A stretch of 32,000 nt of DNA, from assembly GCA_049974095.1 (NCBI GenBank), contig JBMFJD010000001.1, positions 1 to 32,000 on the forward strand. Direction: 5' to 3'. The notes under the pieces are model-generated. The model was not told where the DNA came from. It searched no databases and saw nothing but the letters and a program-made list of their open reading frames with translations. Below, in pieces: positions 1-7,952 of this stretch. Position 1 is the stretch's first letter, and each line of letters begins with the position of its first letter. Origin of the DNA: Nanopusillaceae archaeon (GTDB taxonomy: Archaea > Nanobdellota > Nanobdellia > Nanobdellales > Nanobdellaceae). A program made the position numbers and the translations under genes.

Positions 1-1200
1 AATAGGCATAAAATACATATGAAGTATTATATACAGATAAATTTTCTATATTATTATATTGAAAAAAGACACTAGAGAAAGTATATGTAGCAGAGTAAGT
101 ACCTCCATAGCAGTAGGAATAAGGATAAATATAAAATACATTTGAAGTATTATATACAGATAAATTTTCTATATTATTATATTGAAAAAAGACACTAGAG
201 GACTCATTTCCATACATGGAATAGGAATAAAGATAAATATAAAATACATTTGAAGTATTATATACAGATAAATTTTCTATATTATTATTTTGGAAAGAGA
301 TGTTAGAGTAAGCATTTCCAGTAGTGGAATAGGAATAAGGATAAATATAAAATACATTTGAAATATTATAGACATATAGATTTTGTATATTATTATTTTG
401 GAAAGAGATGTTAGAGTAAGCATATCCAGAACTGGAGTTGGAATAGGAATAAGGATAAATATAAAATACATTTGAAATATTATAGACATATAGATTTTGT
501 ATATTATCATATTGAAAAGAGATGTTAGAGGAAGCATTTCCAGTAGTGGAATAGGAATAAGGATAAATATAAAATACATATGAAGTATTATATACAGATA
601 AATTTTCTATATTATCATATTGAAAAGAGACGTTAGAGAAAGCATTTCCAGAACTGATGTTGGAATAGGAATAAGGATAAATATAAAATACATATGGAGC
701 ATAATATACAGATAAATTTGTTATATTATCATATTGAAAAGAGACGTTAGAGTAAGCATATCCATTAGATCCAGAAGCTCCAGAGACGGAGGAATTAGAA
801 TAGGCATAAAATACATATGAAGTATTATATACAGATAAATTTTCTATATTATTATTTTGGAAAGAGACGCTAGAGAAAGCATACATAATAGTAGGGAAAG
901 GCCCTTCAGAATGGGCGAAGGAATTAGAATAGGCATAAAATACATATGAAGTATTATATACAGATAAATTTTCTATATTATTATATTGAAAAAAGACACT
1001 AGAGGAAGCATTTCCAGAATCGGAATTGGAATAAGGATAAATATAAAATACATATGAAGTATTATATACAGATAAATTTTCTATATTATTATATTGAAAA
1101 GAGACGTTAGAGTAAGCATATCCAGAACTGGAATAGGAATAGGAATATGCAAGAAATACATATTTTATATTTTCAACAGATAAATTTTCTATAGTTACTC
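1..1200 (-). repeat. Tandem in-frame coding repeat array, unit 108-129 bp, at least 10 copies, continuing off the window
   Basis: The conserved core 'aaaatacatatgaagtattatatacagataaattttctatattattatattgaaaa' recurs at 10, 133, 241, 349, 463, 571, 685, 808, 937 and 1045, with a degenerate copy at 1153. The spacings are 123, 108, 108, 114, 108, 114, 123, 129, 108 and 108 bp, all multiples of 3. A core of about 70 nt is near-identical between copies, and a 35-60 nt segment between cores is variable. Confidence 0.95.
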
Positions 1201-1519
1201 CAGTCATATTATAACTAACATTTATTGCTGTATTATTATCATTAGGACCTTTTCCAATTATATAATGATTATTTCCATTTATTATAATATCTGTAACTCC
1301 CGGTTTAATTGTTATACAAGAATTCCCAGATCCTGTTACATATAGATTTTGCGTTATAATATAATATCCTGATGAATTTATAGGATAAGGACACGAATTT
1401 ATATAATAAGGTTGGGTTTGAGAATATATATTATAACCCTTAGATAGAAATACTAGCAATATTATAAATAAAGCAAAAAATATTTTCTTAACCAAATTAT
1501 TAATATTAATGCTAACCAT
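1..1519 (-). CDS. Secreted or surface parallel beta-helix repeat protein, N-terminal 506 codons only (the ORF continues past the window start); missing from the supplied ORF track
   Basis: I translated the reverse strand by hand from the ATG (complement of 1517-1519); it is stop-free down to base 2. The N-terminus MVSININNLVKKIFFALFIILLVFLSKGYNIYSQ is a basic stretch plus a hydrophobic signal or anchor. It is followed by ITIKPGVTDIIINGNNHYIIGKG..NTAINVSYNMTGVTIENLSVEN, a NosD/pectate-lyase-like beta-helix rung pattern. After that come at least 10 tandem 36-43 aa units of the form NIENLSVYNTSYVFYIYPYSYS-[variable]-SNVSFQYNN. A TTTATAAA box lies 22-29 nt upstream. Confidence 0.8.
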   Translation of the reverse strand, partial: MVSININNLVKKIFFALFIILLVFLSKGYNIYSQTQPYYINSCPYPINSSGYYIITQNLYVTGSGNSCITIKPGVTDIIINGNNHYIIGKGPNDNNTAINVSYNMTGVTIENLSVENIKYVFLAYSYSYSSSGYAYSNVSFQYNNIENLSVYNTSYVFYIYPYSNSDSGNASSSVFFQYNNIENLSVYNTSYVFYAYSNSFAHSEGPFPTIMYAFSSVSFQNNNIENLSVYNTSYVFYAYSNSSVSGASGSNGYAYSNVSFQYDNITNLSVYYAPYVFYIYPYSYSNISSGNAFSNVSFQYDNIENLSVYNTSYVFYIYPYSYSTTGNASSNISFQYDNIQNLYVYNISNVFYIYPYSYSNSSSGYAYSNISFQNNNIQNLYVYNISNVFYIYPYSYSTTGNAYSNISFQNNNIENLSVYNTSNVFYIYLYSYSMYGNESSSVFFQYNNIENLSVYNTSNVFYIYPYSYCYGGTYSATYTFSSVFFQYNNIENLSVYNTSYVFYAY

Positions 1520-1540
1520 TATTTATAAATTAATCAAACC

Positions 1541-1548
1541 TTTATAAA
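1541..1548 (-). promoter_or_regulatory. Putative TATA box (TTTATAAA) for the beta-helix gene; spacing suggests a leaderless mRNA
   Basis: The octamer lies 22-29 nt upstream of the ATG at 1519. The same octamer at the same spacing precedes the GlyRS and EF-2 genes. Confidence 0.4.
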
Positions 1549-1689
1549 TCTTTTATTTACTCTAAAAATATAAAACAATTTTTCATTTATTTTAATGACA
1601 GAATAACCCTATCTAGCATACACTTGAATATAAAATAAACTAATACAAATTTAATAAGATAAGATTAAAAATAAAATGCTTTTAAATTA

Positions 1690-1863
1690 TTAAAAATTAA
1701 TAAATCCCTCTTTTATTAAATTTTTTGCTTCTTTTTTTATCTTTCTAAAACATTGAATATGAAATATCATTTTTTCCCCATTAACATTTATAGTTCTATA
1801 TTTTTCATCCGCATATACATCTTTATTACAATAATTACATTTCCCTATAATTTTCCTTTCCAT
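1690..1863 (-). CDS. Small zinc-ribbon-like protein (CxxC...HxxC), function unknown
   Basis: The track ORF 1690..1884 begins at a TTG. The first ATG (complement of 1861-1863) gives MERKIIGKCNYCNKDVYADEKYRTINVNGEKMIFHIQCFRKIKK..., which contains CNYC and HIQC as candidate metal ligands. The gene is divergent from fen. Confidence 0.45.
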   Translation of the reverse strand: MERKIIGKCNYCNKDVYADEKYRTINVNGEKMIFHIQCFRKIKKEAKNLIKEGFINF

Positions 1864-1902
1864 TAAAAATAATTTTATTAACAATTTAAATATATAATTA
1901 TA

Positions 1903-2955
1903 ATGGGACTTGCAGAGATTAGAGAATTAATAAAACCTATAATAAAAGAAGTTGATTTATCATATTTATCTGGAAAAGTTGTTGCATTGGATGCATTTAA
2001 TGCTTTATATCAATTTTTAGCAGCAATTAGACAACCTGATGGTACTCCATTAAAAGATTCAAAAGGAAGGATTACTTCACATTTATCTGGATTATTTTAT
2101 AGAACAAAAAATTTGATTGAAAATGGAATAAAGGTAATATATGTATTTGATGGAAAACATCCAGAATTTAAGAAAAGGGAACAGGAAGTAAGAGAAGAAT
2201 TAAGAAAAAAGATGGAAGAAAAATATAAAAAGGCAATTGAAATGGGAATAAAAGGAGATTTAAAAAAATATGCGGAATTTACATCAAAACTAGAACCTGG
2301 AATGGTTGAAGAATCAAAAGAATTATTAGAAGCAATGGGAGTTCCATATATACAAGCTCCATCTGAAGGAGAAGCTCAGGCTGCATATTTAGTTAAAAAA
2401 GGAATTGCAGATTATGTAGGATCTCAAGATTATGATTCATTATTATTTGGGGGATTAAGAGTTGCAAGAAATCTAACAATTACTGGAAAAAGAAGGGTAA
2501 GAGGAGTAGAAGTTGAAATATCCCCAGAATTATTAGAATTAAATGATGTATTAAATTATTTGAAATTTGATAAAATTGAAAAATTAATTTGGTTTGCATT
2601 AATTGTTGGAACAGATTATAATCCAGATGGAATACCAGGTATTGGAGTAAAAACTGCATATGAATTGGTAAAAAATAATAATGATCCCGAAAGATTATTT
2701 AAATATATTGGATGGGAGAAATATTATAAGGATATTTCATGGAAAGATTTGGAGGAATTTTTCTTAGATCCGCCAGTAATTGATGTAAATAAAGATTATA
2801 TAAAGTTTGGAGAAATAGATGAAGAAAAAATAAGAAAGATATTAATTGATGAGCATGATTTTTCAGAAGAAAGAGTTAATAAGGCAATTGATGAATTAAA
2901 AAAATCATATAAACAAGGTGCTCAAAAAAATATTTTATCTTTCTTCGGTAAATAG
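1903..2955 (+). CDS. fen: Flap endonuclease 1 (FEN-1)
   Basis: The 350-aa product has the XPG-N/XPG-I pattern (VALDAFNALYQFL, VFDGKHPEFK, PYIQAPSEGEAQAAYL, GSQDYDSLLFG, GTDYNPDGIPGIG). The C-terminus carries a canonical PCNA-interaction (PIP) box, QKNILSFF. Confidence 0.95.
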   Translation: MGLAEIRELIKPIIKEVDLSYLSGKVVALDAFNALYQFLAAIRQPDGTPLKDSKGRITSHLSGLFYRTKNLIENGIKVIYVFDGKHPEFKKREQEVREELRKKMEEKYKKAIEMGIKGDLKKYAEFTSKLEPGMVEESKELLEAMGVPYIQAPSEGEAQAAYLVKKGIADYVGSQDYDSLLFGGLRVARNLTITGKRRVRGVEVEISPELLELNDVLNYLKFDKIEKLIWFALIVGTDYNPDGIPGIGVKTAYELVKNNNDPERLFKYIGWEKYYKDISWKDLEEFFLDPPVIDVNKDYIKFGEIDEEKIRKILIDEHDFSEERVNKAIDELKKSYKQGAQKNILSFFGK

Positions 2956-3008
2956 TCAGAATGGGTAAGACTCTTCATCTATCAGGACTCGGCAAACTCA
3001 TCATTCAT
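2953..3008 (-). ncRNA. C/D-box sRNA (2'-O-methylation guide)
   Basis: The minus strand reads aAUGAUGA-GUUUGCCGAGUC-CUGA-UAG-AUGAAGA-GUCUUACCCAUU-CUGA. This corresponds to C box (3004-2998), a 12-nt guide, D' (2985-2982), a 3-nt loop, C', a 12-nt guide and D (2959-2956). It is one of only two GC-rich intergenic islands in the window, and it has the textbook archaeal box order and 12-nt spacers. Confidence 0.8.
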
Positions 3009-4602
3009 ATGCCTTATGTATATATTCTTTGAAACACCTATAAGAATTAAATAAGGGTCCTATTGTTTTTATAGCATTTAATGATACATCAACATATTTT
3101 TCATAATTATTTCTAAATTCGCTTAATACAAAATCTAATTTATTATAAAAGTCTTCTATATCTTTTTCATCATTATTTACATTTATATCATAATTATCTA
3201 ATCCAAAGAACCATCCATTATAATCATCAATAATTATTTCTAATGGAGATCCATCTCTGGAAAATAGTGTTGGAGTTCCACTTATTCCTGCCCTCATCCA
3301 TGAAGTTCCAGATGCTTCAAATGGTGGTCTTGGAATATGTAAAAATATATCTGTTCCAGATAATATTCTCCTTTCTTGTTCATATCCTCTCTTTAATATT
3401 AATCCTACAGGTAAATCTAATGTTGACATCATATCAATAATCCATTTTATTGTATTTTTCACAAATTCATCTTTGGGATGGAAAGATCCAGATAATAAAA
3501 ATTGTATTTTATATTTTTTATTTAATTCCTCTAATCTTTCTAATCTCCATAATAACATATGAAATCTTTTATATTCTGTTAATCTTCTCTTAACACTTAT
3601 TATTATCCTATCTTCTCTAAATTCTTTATTTAAATATGAATTTACATTTATATAGTCAATTAATTCTTTTCTCAATATATTTTTTATTTTAATAAATTGA
3701 GATCTATCAATTATTTGAGCATATGATAATTTAGAAGGTTCAGATCTCCATCCAGGTAAATATGTATCATATAAAAATGCAACTTTTCTATCTACCCATC
3801 TTAAATGATATACACCATTTGTTATATAATCTAATTTTTTTCCAAATACTTTTTCAGTAATTATTTTATGTTTATATGATACTGCATTAATATATCCTGA
3901 TAATTCAAATAATACTTTTGTTAAACTTAATTTATCTGGAGATATTTTTTTTATTTCTTCTGGTATATCATAATATTTTTCTATAACATTATAATTAAAT
4001 AAATCATGTCCTGCAATAATTGAATGAGTAGTAAATACAATTTTTTTCTTTACTTCATTTATATCTTTTAATCTTTTAAATAATTCAATTGCTAAAAATC
4101 CTCCATGCGATTCATTTAAATGATATTTATCAATTTCTATTCCCATTTTTTCAAAAAATTCCAATGTTCCTAATCCTAATAATAAATCCTTCAATAATTT
4201 TTCTTCCTCATTTCCTTCATAATATAATCTTCCAGTTAATTTCCTAATTTCTGGTGGATTTTCTGGCAAATCTGTATCAAATAAAAATAATTTTGAATGA
4301 GATAAACTATATTTCCAAACCTGGAAATATATTCTTTTTCCTTTTAAATCAATATAAAATTTATCCTCTAGATTTAAAAAATATTCCAATGGATCATATT
4401 CTTCTTCTTCATATACTATTTCTTTATTTTCAACTCTATATGCTCCATACCCTTTTTTATTTACAAATGTAATTCCATATATTGGATATCTTAAATCATT
4501 TGAAGAATATAATAAATCTCCTGCCAAAATTCCTAATCCTCCAGCATATGTTGGTAATTTTTCAATAGAAAACTCTTGTGATATAAATGCTATCTTTTTC
4601 AT
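3001..4602 (-). CDS. Alpha-glucan (glycogen/maltodextrin) phosphorylase family protein (GT35, short archaeal type), with substitutions at catalytic positions
   Basis: Family motifs are present: YAGGLGILAGDLLYSSNDL, VFTTHSIIAGHD, ITNGVYHLRW, KRRLTEYKR and FEASGTSWMRAGISG. The last aligns with the family motif EASGTSGMKAxxNG but has Arg where the PLP-binding Lys sits. Confidence 0.75.
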   Translation of the reverse strand: MKKIAFISQEFSIEKLPTYAGGLGILAGDLLYSSNDLRYPIYGITFVNKKGYGAYRVENKEIVYEEEEYDPLEYFLNLEDKFYIDLKGKRIYFQVWKYSLSHSKLFLFDTDLPENPPEIRKLTGRLYYEGNEEEKLLKDLLLGLGTLEFFEKMGIEIDKYHLNESHGGFLAIELFKRLKDINEVKKKIVFTTHSIIAGHDLFNYNVIEKYYDIPEEIKKISPDKLSLTKVLFELSGYINAVSYKHKIITEKVFGKKLDYITNGVYHLRWVDRKVAFLYDTYLPGWRSEPSKLSYAQIIDRSQFIKIKNILRKELIDYINVNSYLNKEFREDRIIISVKRRLTEYKRFHMLLWRLERLEELNKKYKIQFLLSGSFHPKDEFVKNTIKWIIDMMSTLDLPVGLILKRGYEQERRILSGTDIFLHIPRPPFEASGTSWMRAGISGTPTLFSRDGSPLEIIIDDYNGWFFGLDNYDINVNNDEKDIEDFYNKLDFVLSEFRNNYEKYVDVSLNAIKTIGPLFNSYRCFKEYIHKAYE

Positions 4603-4631
4603 TCAAAAATATAATATGTGAATATTTATAA

Positions 4632-6569
4632 CTATATAACATCTACCACCCATTCATAGTTAAATTTTTCTTTGAAATAATTTTCTAATTCATTTATATT
4701 TACCCTTATTTGTTCTTTTGTATCCCTAAATCTTATAGTAACGGTATTATCTTTTAATGTTTGATCATCAACAGTAATACAATAAGGAGTTCCAATTTCA
4801 TCCTGTCTTCTATATCTTGTTCCAATCCTTCCAGATTCATCATAATATACATCAAATTTTTTCCTTAATTTTTCATAGATTTCTTTTGCAATCTTTACAT
4901 GATTTTCATTTTTTTCTAATAGTGGAAATACAGCAATTTGTATTGGAGATAAATATTCAGGCAATTTTAATATATTATCATAAAATATACCTAATAATGA
5001 AAATATATTTCTATCTACCCCAAAGGATAATTCTAATTCAACAGGAATAAATTTTGATCCATCTTCTCTTGTTGCAATAAATCTTCTGTCTTTTGATAAT
5101 ATAAAATGATTCCATAAATCATATCCGACATATATTTCATCTTTTCCAACAAATAATTTCATTACATCTTCTCTTATTTCTTTATCTACTTTTTCAATAA
5201 TATCTGGTTTAAATTTTAATACCCTAAAATGTATTCCTCCAACTTCAGTCCATCCAACTTCATCCAAATATAATTCTAGATCAAAATGATATAAATTATA
5301 GAAAGATTTTTCATTATCTGCTAATTGATAAAATCTTATTCTTTCTTTTGGTATTTTTAATACTTTTGTATAAAATACAAATACTTTATATAAGAAATAA
5401 AGATAAAATTTATCAATTCCTGTTTCTTCATATATTTCCTTTAAGCTTTTTTCAATAAATTGAACATTTTTATCTCTATCTTTTGCCAGTAATACATTTA
5501 TATATTGATCTTTATATAATTCAAATTCTTTTTCAAATGGATTATTATAATAATCAAAGAATATTTGCAATTCTGCTTGTGTAAATTCTCTCATTCTTAA
5601 CAATGCATTTCTTGGAGATATTTCATTCCTAAATGCTTTTCCAATTACATATAATCCTAAAGGCAATCTATATCTATTAATAATAAATTCTATTGGGAAG
5701 TTTATATATGGTCCTTGTGCAGTTTCTGGTCTTAAGAACATTTCATTATTCATTAACCTGTTATATTTATCAATTATTTCTTTTAAATCATCCAAATCAA
5801 ATTTTAAATCAATATATTTCAGTTTTTCAAACATTTCTTCCAAATAATTTATTTCTTCTTTATCAATTTCCAAATCTTCAGGATAAATGAAATATTCATT
5901 CGATATACTATCATATTTTATTATTATTTTCTTATCTTTATCAAATATGTATGTTGTATTTTCTTTATTTATTGCAAATAATTCTTTATCCTTTAAATAT
6001 TTCACATATATATATGATACTCCCTCTTCATCAATTTTCTTATATTTTTTATCCTCTAATTCATTTAATATTCCAAACATTCTCTTTAAATCTTCCAAAT
6101 ATAAAAATAAATCTGATTCTGGTCCAACAAATATTGGAAACATCAAATTAAATAATTTAACATTTGATAATCTTTCTCCACATTCTGGACAAACAATTTT
6201 TCCTTGACTAAATATATTGTTCATATCTTCAATTGTTAAACTTTCTGCTTTAATTCCCAATTTTTCTTCAATTAATTTATCTGCCCTAAATCTATGTCCA
6301 TTCCTACACTCAACAATTGGATCATTAAACAATTCTAAATGCTTTGATGCAACAAAAACACCTTTATTCATTATTTCTGAAGGTTGTATTTCATATATAT
6401 TATTAAATAATTTACCAAAATATAGTCTCCATATATTTTCAAATCTTTTTTTTAATAATGTACCTAAAGATCCATAATCATAAAATCCAGATTTTCCTCC
6501 ATATATCTCTCCTGATTCATAGAAAAATCCTTTTTCTTTTGCAAATTTAATTAAACTATTAATATCCAT
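4632..6569 (-). CDS. glyS: Glycyl-tRNA synthetase (class II, archaeal/eukaryotic alpha2 type) with a lineage-specific insertion
   Basis: Recognised from FYESGEIYGGKSGFYDYGSLG, the zinc-ribbon-like ECRNGHRFRADKL...CPECGERL, FNLMF, LRPETAQG, FRNEISPR and the C-terminal anticodon-binding pattern PIQIAVFPL...GTPYCITVD. The 645-aa length exceeds the roughly 570 aa usual for archaeal GlyRS. Confidence 0.95.
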   Translation of the reverse strand: MDINSLIKFAKEKGFFYESGEIYGGKSGFYDYGSLGTLLKKRFENIWRLYFGKLFNNIYEIQPSEIMNKGVFVASKHLELFNDPIVECRNGHRFRADKLIEEKLGIKAESLTIEDMNNIFSQGKIVCPECGERLSNVKLFNLMFPIFVGPESDLFLYLEDLKRMFGILNELEDKKYKKIDEEGVSYIYVKYLKDKELFAINKENTTYIFDKDKKIIIKYDSISNEYFIYPEDLEIDKEEINYLEEMFEKLKYIDLKFDLDDLKEIIDKYNRLMNNEMFLRPETAQGPYINFPIEFIINRYRLPLGLYVIGKAFRNEISPRNALLRMREFTQAELQIFFDYYNNPFEKEFELYKDQYINVLLAKDRDKNVQFIEKSLKEIYEETGIDKFYLYFLYKVFVFYTKVLKIPKERIRFYQLADNEKSFYNLYHFDLELYLDEVGWTEVGGIHFRVLKFKPDIIEKVDKEIREDVMKLFVGKDEIYVGYDLWNHFILSKDRRFIATREDGSKFIPVELELSFGVDRNIFSLLGIFYDNILKLPEYLSPIQIAVFPLLEKNENHVKIAKEIYEKLRKKFDVYYDESGRIGTRYRRQDEIGTPYCITVDDQTLKDNTVTIRFRDTKEQIRVNINELENYFKEKFNYEWVVDVI

Positions 6570-6579
6570 TTTTCAATAT

Positions 6580-6587
6580 TTTTATAT
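6580..6587 (+). promoter_or_regulatory. Putative TATA-like box (TTTTATAT) for the RNase J gene
   Basis: The box lies 21-28 nt upstream of the ATG at 6608, which would interleave the two divergent promoters within the 38-nt spacer. Confidence 0.3.
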
Positions 6588-6590
6588 TTT

Positions 6591-6598
6591 TTTATAAA
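6591..6598 (-). promoter_or_regulatory. Putative TATA box (TTTATAAA) for glyS in a 38-nt divergent spacer
   Basis: The octamer lies 22-29 nt upstream of the glyS ATG (6569). Confidence 0.4.
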
Positions 6599-6607
6599 TT
6601 TATTCCA

Positions 6608-7936
6608 ATGGAAATTGAATTAATACCAATTGGAGGATATTCATATATTGGAAAAAATATGAGTGCAATTAGAATTGATGATGAAATAATAATAATTGAT
6701 ATTGGATTAAATGTTGATAAAATATCTCAATTTGGAGAAAGAGAAGATTTTATTGATAAACCAATGAAAGAATTATATGAACTAGATATAATTCCTGATG
6801 ATAATATTTTAGAAAAATATAAAGATAAAATAAAGGCAATAATATTAACACATGCACATTTAGATCATGTTGGAGCAGTGAATTTTATTGCACCAAAATA
6901 TAATGTCCCAATATATGGATCTCCATACACAATTGAAATAATAAAAGAGCAAGAAAAAGAATATGGAATTGTATTACCAAATGACTTAAAAAAGATATCT
7001 CCAAATTCTTCAATAAGAATATCTGATAAAATAACTATTAATTTTATTAATATAACACATTCTATTCCACAAGCATTAATGATTGATATACAAACAAATA
7101 AGGGACATATTGTATTTTCTGGAGACTTTAAATTCGATAATTTTCCATTAATTGGTAAAAAACCAAATATTAAAAAATTAAGAGAAATTGGAAAAGAAGG
7201 AGTATTATTATTAATAACAGAAACTACTAGAGCAGATGAAGAATCAAAGTCCCAATCTGAAATAATTGAAAAATATATGTTATATGACGTATTAAATTCT
7301 ATTGATACAAAAGGAATAATTATTACAACATTTGCTTCGCATATTGCAAGATTAAAAAGTATAATTGACTTAGGGAAAGAAATAAATAGAAAAGTTATAT
7401 TTATTGGAAGAAGTTTAGGAAAATATATTAAAGCTGCAGAAAATATTGGATTATATAATTTTTCTGAAAATTCAGAAATATATAGTGATGCAAGAGATTT
7501 TAGAAAATTGTTTGAAAGATTAAATAAAAACAAAGAAGAATATTTATTAGTTGCAACTGGGCATCAGGGAGAACCAGGTTCTGTATTGGATAGATTAGCA
7601 AGAGGAAATTTTGATTTTGATTTAAATGATACAACAATAATATTTGCAAATAATATAATTCCTCATCCAATAAATGAAGCAAATAGAAAAATATTAGAAG
7701 AAAGATTAAAAAGAAAAAAGGCAAATATAATAAAAGATATACATGTATCTGGTCATGCAAAAGCACAAGATCATTTAACGTTAATAAAAATGTTAAATCC
7801 TGAATATATTATTCCAAATCATGGAGATATAAATAAAAAAGCTTCATATTATAATATTATATCTGAAGAAGGTTATACATTGGGAGAAGATATATTTTTT
7901 ATAGAAGATTATCAAAGTAAAACATTTAATATATAA
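6608..7936 (+). CDS. rnj: Ribonuclease J (archaeal beta-CASP metallo-beta-lactamase nuclease)
   Basis: IPIGGYSYIGKNMSAIRIDDEIIIIDIGL is an RNase J N-terminal signature, and THAHLDHVGA supplies the HxHxDH motif. There is no KH domain, and the 442-aa length is typical of archaeal RNase J. Confidence 0.85.
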   Translation: MEIELIPIGGYSYIGKNMSAIRIDDEIIIIDIGLNVDKISQFGEREDFIDKPMKELYELDIIPDDNILEKYKDKIKAIILTHAHLDHVGAVNFIAPKYNVPIYGSPYTIEIIKEQEKEYGIVLPNDLKKISPNSSIRISDKITINFINITHSIPQALMIDIQTNKGHIVFSGDFKFDNFPLIGKKPNIKKLREIGKEGVLLLITETTRADEESKSQSEIIEKYMLYDVLNSIDTKGIIITTFASHIARLKSIIDLGKEINRKVIFIGRSLGKYIKAAENIGLYNFSENSEIYSDARDFRKLFERLNKNKEEYLLVATGHQGEPGSVLDRLARGNFDFDLNDTTIIFANNIIPHPINEANRKILEERLKRKKANIIKDIHVSGHAKAQDHLTLIKMLNPEYIIPNHGDINKKASYYNIISEEGYTLGEDIFFIEDYQSKTFNI

Positions 7937-7952
7937 AAGAAAATAATTTTTT

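Noticed and set aside
277-579. Track ORF of 100 aa (MYFIFILIPIPLLEM...) inside the repeat region.
   Set aside because: It is an alternative frame on the same strand as the real 506-codon ORF (complement <1..1519). Its hydrophobic, repetitive sequence is a by-product of the DNA repeats. The other frame is open across the whole 1.5 kb and has a signal peptide and recognisable beta-helix motifs.
1-1200. Regularly spaced repeats with variable spacers, considered as a CRISPR array.
   Set aside because: The conserved part is about 70 nt and the variable part 35-60 nt. All periods are multiples of 3, and the whole array lies in one long open reading frame. This is a coding tandem repeat, and no cas genes flank it in the window.
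1-1519. Diversity-generating retroelement (template/variable repeat pair) as the source of loop variability.
   Set aside because: There is no reverse transcriptase ORF in the window. There is no TR/VR pair with adenine-specific mismatches. The differences between units include indels and changes at all bases.
2956-3000. GC-rich intergenic islands (here and at 16833-16940) considered as tRNA or split-tRNA halves.
   Set aside because: I could not fold either island into a cloverleaf, acceptor stem or T-arm (no GTTC-type box). Both fit C/D-box architecture exactly, and at 16833-16887 a hairpin followed by ACA.
5736-6119. GlyRS insertion considered as an intein.
   Set aside because: The N-junction lacks Cys/Ser/Thr and the C-junction lacks His-Asn followed by Cys/Ser/Thr. 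No intein blocks or homing-endonuclease motifs are present. The composition is that of a K/E-rich expansion segment.
6865-7533. A 222-aa ORF antisense to rnj, plus other antisense or alternative-frame track ORFs: 3243..3440, 4254..4472, 4817..5050, 5693..5890, 5887..6207, 5951..6151, 6217..6477, 7500..7766, 13677..13952, 15607..15948, 17233..17418, 17500..17712, 17863..18048, 18052..18255, 20512..20703, 21576..21776, 23851..24039, 25136..25363, 25745..25936, 26914..27126 and 29863..30075.
   Set aside because: All lie within or across well-supported genes. They translate to low-complexity L/I/F/S/Y-rich strings, which is typical of shadow frames in AT-rich DNA, where stop codons are depleted opposite Lys/Glu/Asn/Ile-rich coding frames. 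None shows a recognisable motif.
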